64,000 nt of DNA. Source: Oopsacas minuta (Eukaryota > Animalia > Porifera). The stretch is taken from positions 14,195 to 78,194 of the forward strand of contig JAKMXF010000327.1 of NCBI GenBank assembly GCA_024704765.1. Direction: 5' to 3'. Positions 24,924 to 37,645 of this stretch are shown in pieces; the stretch's first letter is position 1, and every line of letters begins with the position of its first letter. The notes beneath the pieces were generated by a model. The model was not told the DNA's origin and did not search any database. It worked only from the letters and a program-made list of their open reading frames with translations. Both the position numbers and the translations under genes were made by a program.

Positions 24924-25811
24924 CTATATAGAAGCTAGCTTGAGAGGAATATTCACATTCAGAGAGGTGGGGAATAGAGAATGATAGTTTAACTCAGGGA
25001 TGTAATGAGACTTCACTAACCTACCTATGTATGAAATAGAGTTAAAAAGTAATAATAATCAACATTAATAGTTAAAACAGACCTGAAAAGAATTTTCCTG
25101 TAAGAGCATTGACAATAGAAGATGCAATAGAAGGAGTTTGAGCTTTCACATAAACATTACCCTAAAAATTGATAAATGAATAATCACAGGCTAAACATAG
25201 TATACAGTGGAACCGGCATAATTATAAACAGACACCTGTATAATCCGGAAGACCTCTATAATCAGAGAGTGTTTCTGATCTGAATAGCTTACGACAAATT
25301 AACTTGAATAATCCGACAATTAGCTAAACCGACAACATTTCATGTCCCAACGAGTGTCGGTTTATGCAGGTTCTACTGTATACAATTCCATTCTACTAAA
25401 TTCCCAGTATTCTATTGCAAAAAAATTCTGATTTCAAATTTTGGCCTGGATTCAGGTATAAACAAATAGATTATTATCTATTCTCCTATTAAATGAAAAT
25501 AGCTAGAAAATAGAAAAATTCCCCTCTATGAAGATAATCTAGGAATCTTAGGAGAGTTGGGAGGTAAGCTAAATTACAGTAGTTCTTACCTGTGAATTCT
25601 TGTCCACATGTATATGATAAGTATGTCCAAACGTCATACACTCTCTGAGCACGTCATCACGGACTTCAGCATCCCAATGATTATCTGTTTCTTTGTTCCT
25701 ATTACAGATATGTATTATGAAATATAATCGGTAAGTACATAGCCTATGGTAATCATGTTCTTATAACCGAAATCTAGCATCTACTGTATACATAAATGTA
25801 CATAGAAAAAG

Positions 25812-25909
<98 letters not shown>

Positions 25910-28900
25910 ATATCTTCTACAATCTTACATTAATAAACTTACGGGACAAACATATTCTCTAATACAAAACAAGAAGATATATAATTAGAAGGAGCTGTCA
26001 GGGCGCTAGTTGGGGTACCCATTCCTGGAACTGTTAAACCTATATAAGAGATAATCAATACTAACCTGCCCGGTATCTAATAATTATCACCAAACAGATA
26101 ATTCCGCTAAATAAGAAGGCTTGTAACATAAAGTTAGGAGGCTTATCAGTTATTACTTATTGATCACAAGTATATATATATATTGATGGTTGGTGGTAGA
26201 AATTCTGGGGCCAAACCTTACCTAACGGCTTATATAATCGGAGTATATTGTATATGTAATCTATAATATTAAATCATAATTGTTGTTTGTTTGTCCGTTG
26301 TCAAGGAAAAGGATTTACGGTATGCAATTTTGAAATTGTCGCATAACTATGTATTTATCGTGTTTATCAAGGAAGTAATAGAATTCAATAAAACTTCACT
26401 AAATATCGAACATGCTGATTGCTGAATCCGATTTTCACACTTTTGGATTAATCATATATAAATTTATTATTGTTTTTATGAATATAAAGTAAACAAATTA
26501 GTCAAATTTCGAAATATACATACAGGCTTGCTCTAAACGGCTACCCAGGGGTAACTAAGCTAATTTCGCATTTTTAAGTTTCTCATTTGTAAATTTATTG
26601 TTGTTTTTATGAATATAAAGTAAACAAATTTCAAAATTGAAGTAGAATCATACTTTCAATGACTATCCTGGAGTATTCGAGTATGCTGAGTCCGAATTTG
26701 GTATTGTAAACAATATATTGTGAATATTTGTTTACTTTTAGGTGCATAAAGTAAACAAATTTCAAAATTGAGTAGAATCATACTTTCAATGACTATACTG
26801 GTATTCTCGAGTATGCTGAGTCTGAATATTGTAAACAACATCAATATTATTAAATATCAATTGTTGTTTGTCTGTTTATTTGTCCGTTGAATACCTCGAG
26901 GTGCATTGCGCTAAGTTCATCGCGAAGCGATGAGCCAAAGGCTTGTTAATATATAAAACAATATGTGATAGATACCTGCGTTGTGAGTGAGAGAGAGTTT
27001 TGCCATGAGGTTAGCTCTTGATAATGACGTCATTCCTATACCAGTCCTGTCTATATCTTCCAGGTCCATTATCCCCATACCTCCTGCAGTGTTCACAAGA
27101 GATTCAAGATGGAGGTTGTCTGTCACGTGTGTCACAGTTATAGACTTACCAGCTAACACAAACCCGTTAAGATGCTCAGACGCTTGTCGAGCTGCTTCTG
27201 GGTCCTTGAACTAATACAAACAAATATAATAGAATTATACATTTATGAAATAATGATTGGAAATCTATATCTGTAGTACTTTTAAACAGAAATAATCTGA
27301 AAATATGTTTGTATATAGATTCAGAGTATATCGAATAAACTGGAATAACCCAGAGAGAGGTCAGAGTCCCTATTGGGATACAGGGCAGGAGTGTTCGACG
27401 CTGGTTCGGACAAGATCAAGTCTTAAACGAAAACCACTGCTCTGTCACTGTGAAAACTAAATAACTGAAGCTCGCATCACACAATAAACATTAGGTAGCC
27501 TGAAATTAAGCACTCAGATTTCGGCCACTATTCAATATTTATACCTATAATATTCCACCAAGTAACATTTATGTATTTACTATATTTTTGTTTACTTTCT
27601 TCTACGAGAATTTTGATGGGCGAATCTAAGGGGTGCAATGGAACCATTACCCTCTCATAATTTCTCAATTGTACAATCAAATGCATAATGTGTTCAGGAC
27701 CTATCACCTCCACCGCCCAGTTTTGTCCCTCTATATGTTAGTGCCTATGACATGACAGTCCATTAGAATCTACATATTTCCTTAATCCCACATCCAATCT
27801 AAGTGGGTTATTATAATTGTTATTCCTCGAGCCAACATCTTCCCTAACATTGTATAATAATATACATTCTGTACTTGGTGGACAATCAAGAATGTAAATA
27901 TAATTTAAACTATTTCTACCTAACACAAGTAAAAACTATAAATAAATACCTCTGCTATTGCAGTGCCTCTCGATTTTCCACTAGGATCACATACAATATC
28001 AACTGTTTCAACCTAAAATAAACGTGATGTATTATAATACCGCAGTTGTTAATATATTCTAATAACACATATGTAACTAACCAGACCAAATGGCTCCAGC
28101 ACAGCTTTTATCATAGTCTCATCTATATTACTGTGTAAGTCAGAGATATATACTTTTGTAGGTCCTAAACTTGCCTTCTTCAACTTTTCGTTCAACTCAG
28201 CTATCCTAAATTATAACATTAAGAAGCATACAAATAAATTGATTGAAAGATTACTTTAGTAATTTCTGACCTATTCTTCTCAGCTTGAGTAGCCTGTATC
28301 ATGACAGGCTGTCCGTTTAATTTCTGTCCACTCATAGCAATAGCAAGAGCTACAGATATTTCATTAGTGAATTCTACATAAGCTATTCCTTTAGAACGCC
28401 TCGAATTTCGATCTGAAATCATACGAACGTCTTCTACCTATATGATAGAGGAAAGAAAAAGTATGTTACAATACAATTTGACAAAATTTGTGATATTTAA
28501 ATGATATGAAAAAAAGTGTCCCAAAAATTATTCCAATTTTTTTATCAATATAATTCGAATACCTACCTGTCCTACTTTAAGGAAGAAGTGCTCTACATCT
28601 CTCTCACTAGTGTGTGCTCCTACCTGCATAACCATAACAGTTCTGCTGTCTCTTTCAGCTGCATCAGGTCCTGGCTCCGGTAGGATAGACCTACCTGATC
28701 TGAAAATATATAAAATTTATAATCAATAGAACAGTCAACTTCCTCAACATTTCAATACAGCAATTTGTAAGATATACTAAATTAACTAATCTGTATATAC
28801 GTGTATATATGTTTGTATGTTCGGAATTATTGAAGAAAATTCACACCTATGACGAAACTATGACGTCATTGTCACCTTTGTGGAATTTCGAAAATCACAT

Positions 28901-30647
28901 TATTAACCACTGCTCCATAGGTACAAAGAAAATTACCTTAAATACTTATGCTAATCTGAGGAACTAAGCTGTCGCTTAGTGACCTAGCAAGCGAAGCGCT
29001 AGTTACAAATAAAATGACATATCTAATGACGTCAGTTTATATGTAATTACGACTTACTTGGGTGTGACCATCCTTCTGAGCTCTCGCATAGCTCTCTCCT
29101 TCTCGAAGGAGCGTCTAATTGGAGATCTGGAATTTTCACGCGGTTTCATATAGTGTCTATCCCTAGGACTACGTGACTCCTCATGTTCCATCCTTTTCCC
29201 CCTTGTATCACCATCTCTATGATACCGCCTATCAGGGCTGTAGAGAATATATTACATTAATATAACATAGTATAGTACAGATAAATACAACGGAGTCTCC
29301 GAATAACGGACACGTTGGTGACATGGCTTATGTCCGTTGTAGAGAATTATCCGCTTCTCGGAGACTGGTCCATCTTTTAATCAAAACACCTAATATGTAT
29401 CATTTTGAATGCATTTTTACATGTATTAAAGTTGATAGTTACGGGAGAAGTCACAAGTTTATTATACTGTGATATGAATTAATATAACATAGAGTGATGA
29501 CTGATGAGTAATGTAAACATATTGGCATTGCTTTATACTCTATATAGTATAATGGGTGCCAAATAAGTCAGGAAGATAACTTTGTCTACTGGTTGACACT
29601 TGCAGACTAGCTACAGTATCTATTGTGGTGACAATGCCTATAGCTACTTCAAAACATTCTCGACTTTCACAATTTTTGGGAAAAAAAGTAAATAGAAGAT
29701 TCGCTGATGTTATGGGAGAGAAAGAAATCAGAGGACTTGTATAGCACTCATATTATTATGTAAATTTTGTGATATCTATGAAAATTTTTGGTTGCAGTTT
29801 CTGGTTGTCCGTTCTTGGGAGATAATTTTGCATTAAGACACGCCATTCGGGGCCAGTTCCCTGTCCGTTTCCAGAATTCGGAGTTGGGCGCTCCTTGGAG
29901 ACTGCTTAAGTATTATAAGCTTGGCAAATTCAATCCGTGCCACGAGGTTTGTCCGTTGTAGGGGGGTTCTCCGCTTCTCGGAGTGTCCGTTTTGGGAGAC
30001 TCCACTGTACATATATTCCAGTATGATTAGTTGAAAAGCAAGTGATAATCGTATAAGGAATATAAGGCATATTTTCAAAGGGGGGGAGATTAATCGTTGG
30101 GAGCACTTTGGGTGTACGGGTATTTGTCATATATATTTACGCATAATAAAACAAAAAGTAGGCTTCAGACCCCCTTAGCCCTCTAGATCTGCCCCTGAGC
30201 TATATATTATTAGCTTACCTCCTGTTAACAGGACTCCTATCTCGGATCTTCTCTCTGTGGTGGTGACGATGATGGTGGTGATGATGATGGTGATGATTTC
30301 GTCTGTCTCTGCTCTCTGAAGAGTTTTGAGGAGAGCGAGACCTGTGTCTTATGTGTCTAGATAATAACATAATAATAAGATAATACAGTATATAATAATT
30401 AAAACGAATTTCCGGGTAGTACGAACACAATTTTGGACCATAAATGGATTTGAATAAAAATGACATTTGTTCATTTGATATCCGTAAATATAACTCACTT
30501 CCTTCTGTGACGTTCTTCTTTCAAATCTCTTTCATTCTATATACAAGATAATATTAAACTTCATACAAAGAGTATTATAGTAACATAACTCACTGATTTG
30601 GTAATAGGAGCTTCGAGCATAGCATCCACATCAAATTCATCTGCCAT
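24924..30647 (-). CDS. RBM39: RNA-binding protein 39 (CAPER) splicing factor, 13 coding exons
   Basis: Exons 30647-30594, 30536-30499, 30356-30219, 29237-29058, 28699-28567, 28437-28271, 28205-28082, 28012-27950, 27210-26976, 26039-25943, 25698-25590, 25161-25083 and 25024-24924 are all GT-AG and phase-consistent. Peptides MADEFDVDAMLEAP, ERDSRTVMVMQ, VRMISDRNSRRSKGIAYVEF, QAEKNR, and UHM WDAEVRDDVLREC..HVDKNSQGNVYVK. Confidence 0.95.
25205..25378. mobile_element. Tc1/pogo-type MITE in an RBM39 intron
   Basis: TA|CAGTGGAACC...GGTTCTACTG|TA. Confidence 0.85.
25812..25908. repeat. (CAA)n microsatellite, about 32 units, intronic
   Basis: Pure ACA/CAA run between RBM39 exons 10 and 11. Confidence 0.98.
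26260..26947 (+). mobile_element. Composite Helitron-like element in an RBM39 intron
   Basis: A|TCTATAATATTAAATC..TGTTTGTTTGTCCGTTGTCAAGG 5' end, an internal ~130-bp tandem duplication, a second 5'-end copy near 26845, and a GC hairpin ...GAGCCAAAGGCTTGT 3' end. Confidence 0.8.
29800..30008 (-). mobile_element. Tc1/pogo-type MITE end (related fragment at 29285-29380)
   Basis: ...GTCCGTTTTGGGAGACTCCACTG|TA terminus. The motif tgtccgttgtag..ccgcttctcggag is shared with 29285-29380. Confidence 0.7.
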
Positions 30648-32247
30648 AGGTCTGTAATATGAAAATCAGAGATTACTACAAGCTATGAGAGGCACAGATC
30701 AATGATTTATTCCAATGAGAAGATTAATACGTAAATGTATCGCTGTAATAAATGTATTATTGAATGGTTATTATTTCTTAGGTATACAAAAACTGAAGCA
30801 TTTGGAAACTATATAGTTAGTACAGTAGATGTTATCTATTGTACAAATCTCTAATTGTACACATAAAATGTCCTTGATTATACACTTGTTAACCCCCAAG
30901 GGATCAAAAATCTTACTCATATTAAGAGAACTTAATGTAATACAGATCCTATGGAATGATTTATTGGGGCAGTAACTTGGTCATAATAACAGACCCACTT
31001 CCATAAAAGGCCATATTTTCTAAAATTGTCAACCCAAAACCACTTTGCCTAGTGGCGGACAATTCACGAAAAACATCCGGTAAATACATATACGTAATAT
31101 ATATATACGATTTATGAGTATCTATTCGCAAATGAATGTTAGATTTGAGGAAATATTCAATAGAATACATAGATGGTACATGAAAGGGTAACTATTTCAA
31201 ATATATATATATTAGAATAAGCTGTATTCCTAAGAATAATCCATTAGACCGGGCATGCTACAAAACCTAACTAGCATACCTCGTGTAGATCCACGAACCG
31301 GATAGGAGTAGGAAGTTGATTCCCTATAAAGTTGAAGTAATTAATCAAATGTTATTTCTGAGTCAATAAATAGTTGAATCAGGCAAATAATGGAATTTTG
31401 AGTTGATTTCATGTTATCATCAGATATCGAGCAGCAGTCGATTGTAGGTAAAAGGAATATTATATGGAGATATTAAGAACAGCGGGCGTGAGAGAGGGAC
31501 AGATTGTTAAAAGTTTGCAAGGATTTCACCAATCTTAACTCAGAAAAGTGTATAGGCTAATTGCTAATATAATCTCTGTTGCTATTGCGTAGCCCTCTCT
31601 AATTGACATGATTGAAGAATCAAACCCAAAATATTGTGAACAAAGGTATTGCAGTGCCAATCAGCTCAACCCAAGATTAAGATATGTCCAGATTCAAAAT
31701 CTGAGTCAAGAAAATAATAATCCCTTATTATCCCACTTTAGTCTCAGCAGACTATCATTTTTGTGATATCCATTAACTTCTTTTCTAGTGCGGACAACCC
31801 AGTTGGCCTCAACCCCCGTACCCCAAATCTTCTGATTACGCCTCTGTGACCAAGTTTTACAATTGTATATCAAAGTTATTGTATGTAATACGTGTGTGGA
31901 TATGTACCCGTTACACCAATAACAATAATCAAACCATGGATATTGAACTGTTATACGCAACATAAGATAACAGGACTTACTAAATTCAGAATTTTCAGAA
32001 TTTCCTATTAAATAACCCTCGGAGACTAATCCGAACCAAAGAGTTTACAAATAATCATCCTATAATAACCTATATCCCATCATCCCTCTAACATCTGTAG
32101 CTAGTCCTCACTGAGCTAGATACCTAAAATTAATTCTTCTTCTCTCATGCCCTCACCGCTATCTACGATTTAGAGAAATATAATATAATTAGTGACTGAC
32201 TAATCAGAATGAATAATTTGGTAATGCTATGCTAAGTGAATGGGACT

Positions 32248-32551
32248 CTACTCAAGTTTGAGAAAGCTCTTGAGTTCTGCAGACTCTATCGCGTCCTCAA
32301 ACGCTATGAAGTCTCCACAGTACTCATCTCCATTGCATATCTGAGGCGGTAGAGCTTTATCGTTGCCTGCAAGCTCTCGCATTTTGGTTCTAACCTCAAC
32401 AGAGGAGGCAATGTCTAGAGTGACATAAGCAATACCTAGAGAGGAGAGGACAGTCTATCTTCTGTTGCTGCTTCTTAATCTCTAAATTACTCAATACGCT
32501 GGAGAAGTACAAGGTGAGAGATGGGGTAGTAGTCTCAATAGGGACAGCCAT
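32248..32551 (-). pseudogene. SH3BGRL3: SH3BGRL3-like (SH3BGR/thioredoxin-fold) gene with a single frameshift (error, null allele or pseudogene)
   Basis: MAVPIETTTPSLTLYFSSVLSNLEIKKQQQKI, then a frameshift near 32455, then TVLSSLGIAYVTLDIASSVEVRTKMRELAGNDKALPPQICNGDEYCGDFIAFEDAIESAELKSFLKLE*. The span is 304 nt, one base off frame. Confidence 0.88.
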
Positions 32552-33081
32552 TCTACAGTATAGAGGTAGATTAAGATAAGAAGGAGCTATAGAGGACTAA
32601 ACTAAACGTGTGATAATTAACAACAACGTATTATACATTTATACAAGTATATACACACTGATCTATAGCACACTGATATATACACACTGATCATAAACTC
32701 AGATCAAGATTAGCATAGAATAATTAACAAATATACACAATATTGAATAGGGTACAGTTAAGTGTATAGGCTTGACTGACACTTTCAATGTTTGAGGGTA
32801 AGTTCGGGTGATTATTTGGGTACAGGAGTTACACAAATTAAGTTAGCAGATAAGGGATTATGTACAATCAGTGAATTAAGGTACAGGAGCATTTGTTAGT
32901 ATAATGGGAGAGAAGAAGTCGCCAATTCGCCATATGTCAGAAGTATTATATATTAAATTGAGTGCTCATCCCAATTCTGATGGCCTTACACCTAAAGAGT
33001 CTTTTCTGATTATTTTACGTGTCTAGGCTATGCTTACGAATTTAGTTGGCCGACTGTTTGCATGCCTGTGTAGTGTATATA

Positions 33082-33508
33082 CAGTAGAACCTCTATAAGT
33101 GGGGAGGTTAGGCCTGAGAATCTTCTAATAACCCCCATTCCCCATTTATATTTTCAATGTAAATGTCTTTGAATGAGAGATATTTGAGTCAATCTGTTAT
33201 AGCTACTTCCTCCAACCATTGTCTTTTCAATGATGTTTTCATTATAAAAATATCCCCAAAGGTTTAAGGTTGTTGGTTTAATATAAAAATTTGTAAGTTT
33301 TCTTCTGAGAAACCAAAAATTTCAATTCATAATAGCGTGTTTTCTCCAAATTTAGCACAAAGAATGAATAATCAAGAAGTTTATCATAGAATTCATTTAT
33401 AGAGGTAAATTTCAATGGTACATGGTGTGAGGCATAATTTCCTCTAAAGTATGCCCATGGAAATTAATGAATGTGGACCAAAATTTCCCACTTATAGAGG
33501 TAACACTG
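33082..33508. mobile_element. Tc1/pogo-type MITE (427 bp)
   Basis: TA|CAGTAGAACCTCTATAAGTGGG...CCCACTTATAGAGGTAACACTG|TA. Confidence 0.88.
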
Positions 33509-34122
33509 TATACAGTTAAAAGTTGAACCTATACACAGAATACTTATGCCTTGATAACCTGAGTAAGGCTATTGGCACATACTGCTTGGGGTCAAATGTT
33601 TATCCATTAAAAACGGTAAGTTATATATTATATTATCCCTGGTTCCATAGAGTTGTTAATATATCAAGCCGTGAACTACGTAGATCATCATCAAGCGTTA
33701 AAATGGATAAAGGCTTTAAGAGTACGGACTAGCACTCTAGCAGGCACTACATAGAGCTAACATTCATTCCACTTGGTTTGGCACCAAAATATTTGTAATT
33801 CTTTCCACAGCTCCTTTAAGTGAATTTACCTAATCTGCAGGGAAATGTGTGATTTTATGACATCAAAAAGGTGCTACAATCTCGATTTGGGTGTGGGAAT
33901 AGGTTAAACGAAATTTTAGTGTTCGTTTTCGTTACGAATGTAACACTTCGGCAGTAATCGGATAAAGTGAGATATTAACAAATTATCAGTAACATATTGT
34001 TCAAAATATATTTCATCAAGAAAAGAATGAGGGTAGTAGTTAGCTAGGAGTTATTTAGCTCAGGTCCAATTATAGTATAGTACAGTAACCTAAGAAGAGT
34101 AATTACAGAAATGATATGATAG

Positions 34123-35214
34123 TTACTTCTTCTTTTTCAGCTCTTCGAATCTCCTGGACAGATCGTCTAGATCCAAATCGTCATCACTGTCATCTTGAGT
34201 AGTAGCAGGAGGGTTGGAGTTTGGGACAGATGGAAGCTCAAAATCAGGAGCTGCAGGAGCTGTTGGTTCTGATTCAGCCTGGGACTGTGGAGGATACCCG
34301 GGGTCTAATGGTACCTTCTCTACATCAGGATAAGATGGGGGACTAGAGTTAGGGGGATAAGCTAGATTTTCTTCAGAGGGGTTGTGAGGATGAGAAGAAG
34401 GCAATCCTGGCGCGGTTTGAGGTGGATAGGGAGCAGCTCCACCAGAGGGAGGGGGGTAGGGAGAGACAGCTCCTTGAGGGGAGTACTGCTGAGTAGAGGG
34501 AGGGTAAGGAGGATTGTTGAAGGAAGGACCAGAAGGAGGGTAGCTAGAGGGAGGAGGACCTCCAAAAGAAGGAGGGTAACCAGGACCAGATGGAGGAGAG
34601 GGGCCGCGGGGATCTAACTGGAAAGTCTTCTCAGTGATAGGCTCAGGAATATTTCCCTCTATCATAACAGATGTGTCAAGATCGTAATGCACGTTATAGT
34701 TCTTAGCTATTACTGACATATACTGCTCTACAAGACTTGGGGAAGGAGCTTGTACTCCCAGCCTATGTATCACTTTCTCATTCACAGCACCTGTACGGTT
34801 AGCTCGGGCCTGCTCACCGAATGTCTTACCGAATTTCAGAGACAGCTGTTTGGACACCTGTTCCAGCTCCTGTACGTCTGCTTGCAGGCGGGGTGTAGCC
34901 CAGATGAGTGTGTTCACAGCTTCGGAGAGTCCTTCCTCACAGTAAGCCATCGTCTCTAATAGACCCATACGGGCTAGTAACAGGTCACAATACAATTCTA
35001 ATATTTCCATAGCTTCCACCAGATAGTCCTCTCGCACAATATGCTCTACCTTGATGCGAGCTCTCTCTATTCGCCCGTTCTTTATCAGATCCGCAATCTC
35101 CCTGCGAGCCTTCATAGCCTGCTCAGTCTTTTTCTTCTCTAGTAGCTTGAACCGCTGCATGGACAGCTTCAGGTTCACTTGTAGTTTGCTTGATTTGAAT
35201 CCACCACCCAACAT
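34123..35214 (-). CDS. IST1: IST1 homolog (ESCRT-III), intronless
   Basis: MLGGGFKSSKLQVNLKL..RFKLLEKKKTE..ARIKVEHIVREDYLVEAMEILELYCDLLLAR, a Pro-rich linker, and C-terminal MIM DDLSRRFEELKKK. Confidence 0.97.
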   Translation of the reverse strand: MLGGGFKSSKLQVNLKLSMQRFKLLEKKKTEQAMKARREIADLIKNGRIERARIKVEHIVREDYLVEAMEILELYCDLLLARMGLLETMAYCEEGLSEAVNTLIWATPRLQADVQELEQVSKQLSLKFGKTFGEQARANRTGAVNEKVIHRLGVQAPSPSLVEQYMSVIAKNYNVHYDLDTSVMIEGNIPEPITEKTFQLDPRGPSPPSGPGYPPSFGGPPPSSYPPSGPSFNNPPYPPSTQQYSPQGAVSPYPPPSGGAAPYPPQTAPGLPSSHPHNPSEENLAYPPNSSPPSYPDVEKVPLDPGYPPQSQAESEPTAPAAPDFELPSVPNSNPPATTQDDSDDDLDLDDLSRRFEELKKKK

Positions 35215-36304
35215 GTTAAAATTAGAAATTAGTAGTTAATGCTTCTCTAAAGGTAAATATACTAAACAGATAGATTATCATTGCTATATTAGAGCCACAT
35301 GATCACCTTCTGAATGACTCCATAGAACTAATGTAACCAAATATCTAATAATAGAGTCCGTAAAGGTATCTGTAAATGGTTGCTGTCTATATAGAAACTT
35401 GTATAGACTTACGTAATTAGCAAGAATTTAAACACAGATCAGATTTGGTATTACAATTTCCTGACAATAATCAATGCTAATGTAAGAATGAAAATTTCCA
35501 AACATGGTATGATTATTGTAATTCTAGTCGCAAGAATATTTGAAAGTAGTTTATTATTTCTAGGATCTTTCCAATTATCAATATACACTATACTATTTGT
35601 GGTAGTCCAGCAGAAGTTTGAAAAAGTATGCAATGTAGCCATATAATGTGTTTTTGTTTGATTCATCATCTCAGATGCTTTCTGAGTCCAGAATCAAAAA
35701 CATTATATATGAACGACATTGCACACTTTATCAAAATATGCCATTTGGTGTCTGGACTATAGTAGAATGGTTGCATTATACACCTGATGAAAAGTCAAAT
35801 TACAAATAAAGCGGATTCAGGTTTGCATATACAAATCTCATCCGTACATAATAGCTGAAATCAGCATTATGAAGGTCTACATAGTTGAGCACCCTAGTTA
35901 TAGTTGTCAACTTTTATAAAAAATTATCCGTGAGATTTCCATCATAGGAACAGTTGCATTTAGCAAGTTTGATATTATGTGAAATGGATGGCTGATAGGA
36001 ATTCTAACACCATTATACCATATATACCGTATTAGTGTTATTTCTTTATGAATCACTGTTATAACTTCAATTCCCAAAAGATTTAAGTGAGAAAATAATA
36101 ATCAAACTAAGATTGTGTGCAAATCCGTGAGACTTGACAACTATGACAACCAGTCATAACTAATGAATTGACACAAAAGTGACCATGGCTTTGTTTTCAG
36201 GAAATTACTTAGAAGCGAAACAATTTATATAAATGTGGCAAGATTTTAAAACCTAATCTGAGTAATCTCTAATCCCAACCATCTTATTGAATGTTTCATT
36301 GAAA

Positions 36305-36396
36305 GATGTGAAATATGATTATCCATAACAAGGTGTGAAAATATGATTATCTATAACAAGGTGTGAAAATATGATTATCTATAACAAGGTGTGAAA
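36305..36396. repeat. Minisatellite, 28-bp unit, about 3.3 copies
   Basis: ggtgtgaaaatatgattatctataacaa repeated head-to-tail with no spacers. Confidence 0.9.
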
Positions 36397-37324
36397 TTTG
36401 TATTTTAGAGTACGTATTTAATTAATATCATATTTGTAAATCTCTACCCAAAAAATGTACCAGTGTGGCAATTTCATTGTAAGCCTCCTTGAGTTCGTAG
36501 GAACAGAATGATACCGCACATCGTTCATATCATTAGGGTATCTTCTTATAGATGCAGTTGACGCACTAAAATATTTATAACTAGACCAAGTACGTAGTCA
36601 TCATTCAGTTAGATAAACAATGCTCGCACAGTCGTACCTTTAAATAATTAGAGCTTGAGATGACATACCTACAAACTTGTAAGTATTTGATGGCAGTTAA
36701 GAGAAGATTAATCATAGTATCTCATATATTAAATCTCTCGACGGTGTTTTATGGTTTGTCTATGTTGATTGAAGAATTGGTAAGAGCTACGAAACTTGAG
36801 ATTGGCATGTGCATACAATTTGGTCCAACTTAGATGAAGTTCAAATTTCTAAGCGAAATCTTCACTCATCTCTGAGAAAGGGTGACAAAAGGTCACAAAA
36901 TTCTTCAAATGCCAATTGGATTAACACGTAACTACTTTGTGAATTAAAATATAAGCAGTAAGTAGCTATATTGAGTCGTTATAATGGTTTTATGACTAAG
37001 CAGACAATCATATGTATTAGTTTAATTGATTGTATACAAATTGTAAGTAATACTAATCTGAGACTGTAAATTGATTGAATTAGAAATAATACACAGCTGT
37101 AAACGAATTTCGATTTGACTAATGTATTATTAGTCATATAGCTACCAGTATAGTATGTACATATTCTAGAGGCGACTTCTACGAACATGAAGTGTTCGCC
37201 CAAGCCGCGGAGCTTGTTGGATTAACTTAACTAGTAGGATAATGACATGTTCATAAAGTCGTTATATAACATATATGATAATAACCAGCAATACATGTAA
37301 CTATCTGCCGTAACAATAGCGAAA

Positions 37325-37645
37325 TTAAGAGGCTGTCTGTTGAGGTTGTTGTGTACTAAGAGTCTCCACCTTTTGCTCTAACTCTTTGATACGATCTTCT
37401 GCCTCCTTCAGCTTAATAGACAACTCGTCTCTCTCATTACGCAGAGCTATAACGTCTACTTCCTCTATGGGGCCTCCTTGGAATTGTTTCCTCACGTAAT
37501 CGAGTGCGTCTTCGGGTTTCTCAGGCTCCTCATACAGACCTACCAATAATTTAGTCATAGCGTCTACAACTCCAGACTTCTCTAAATATTTCCTGAAATC
37601 TTCTCGTCTGTTCTCAGCTTTGTTCTGACTCAATTGACCACTCAT
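37325..37645 (-). CDS. MYCBP: c-Myc-binding protein (AMY-1), intronless
   Basis: RREDFRKYLEKSGVVDAMTKLLVGLYEEPEKPEDALDY followed by a coiled coil. Confidence 0.95.
   Translation of the reverse strand: MSGQLSQNKAENRREDFRKYLEKSGVVDAMTKLLVGLYEEPEKPEDALDYVRKQFQGGPIEEVDVIALRNERDELSIKLKEAEDRIKELEQKVETLSTQQPQQTAS

Noticed and set aside
25812-25908. (CAA)n as a polyglutamine tract
   Set aside because: It lies inside an RBM39 intron on the non-coding strand, with no flanking plus-strand ORF or splice support.
26066-26119. 54-nt in-frame hydrophobic cassette exon in RBM39 (AFLFSGIICLVIIIRYRA)
   Set aside because: The downstream intron would be only 26 nt, too short to splice.
27358-27482. Intronic C/D snoRNA in RBM39
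   Set aside because: The C box is imperfect (GTGATGC), there is no terminal stem, and I could recognise no rRNA antisense element.
36305-36396. 28-bp repeats as a CRISPR array
   Set aside because: The units are head-to-tail with no unique spacers, there are no cas genes, and the context is eukaryotic. It is a minisatellite.
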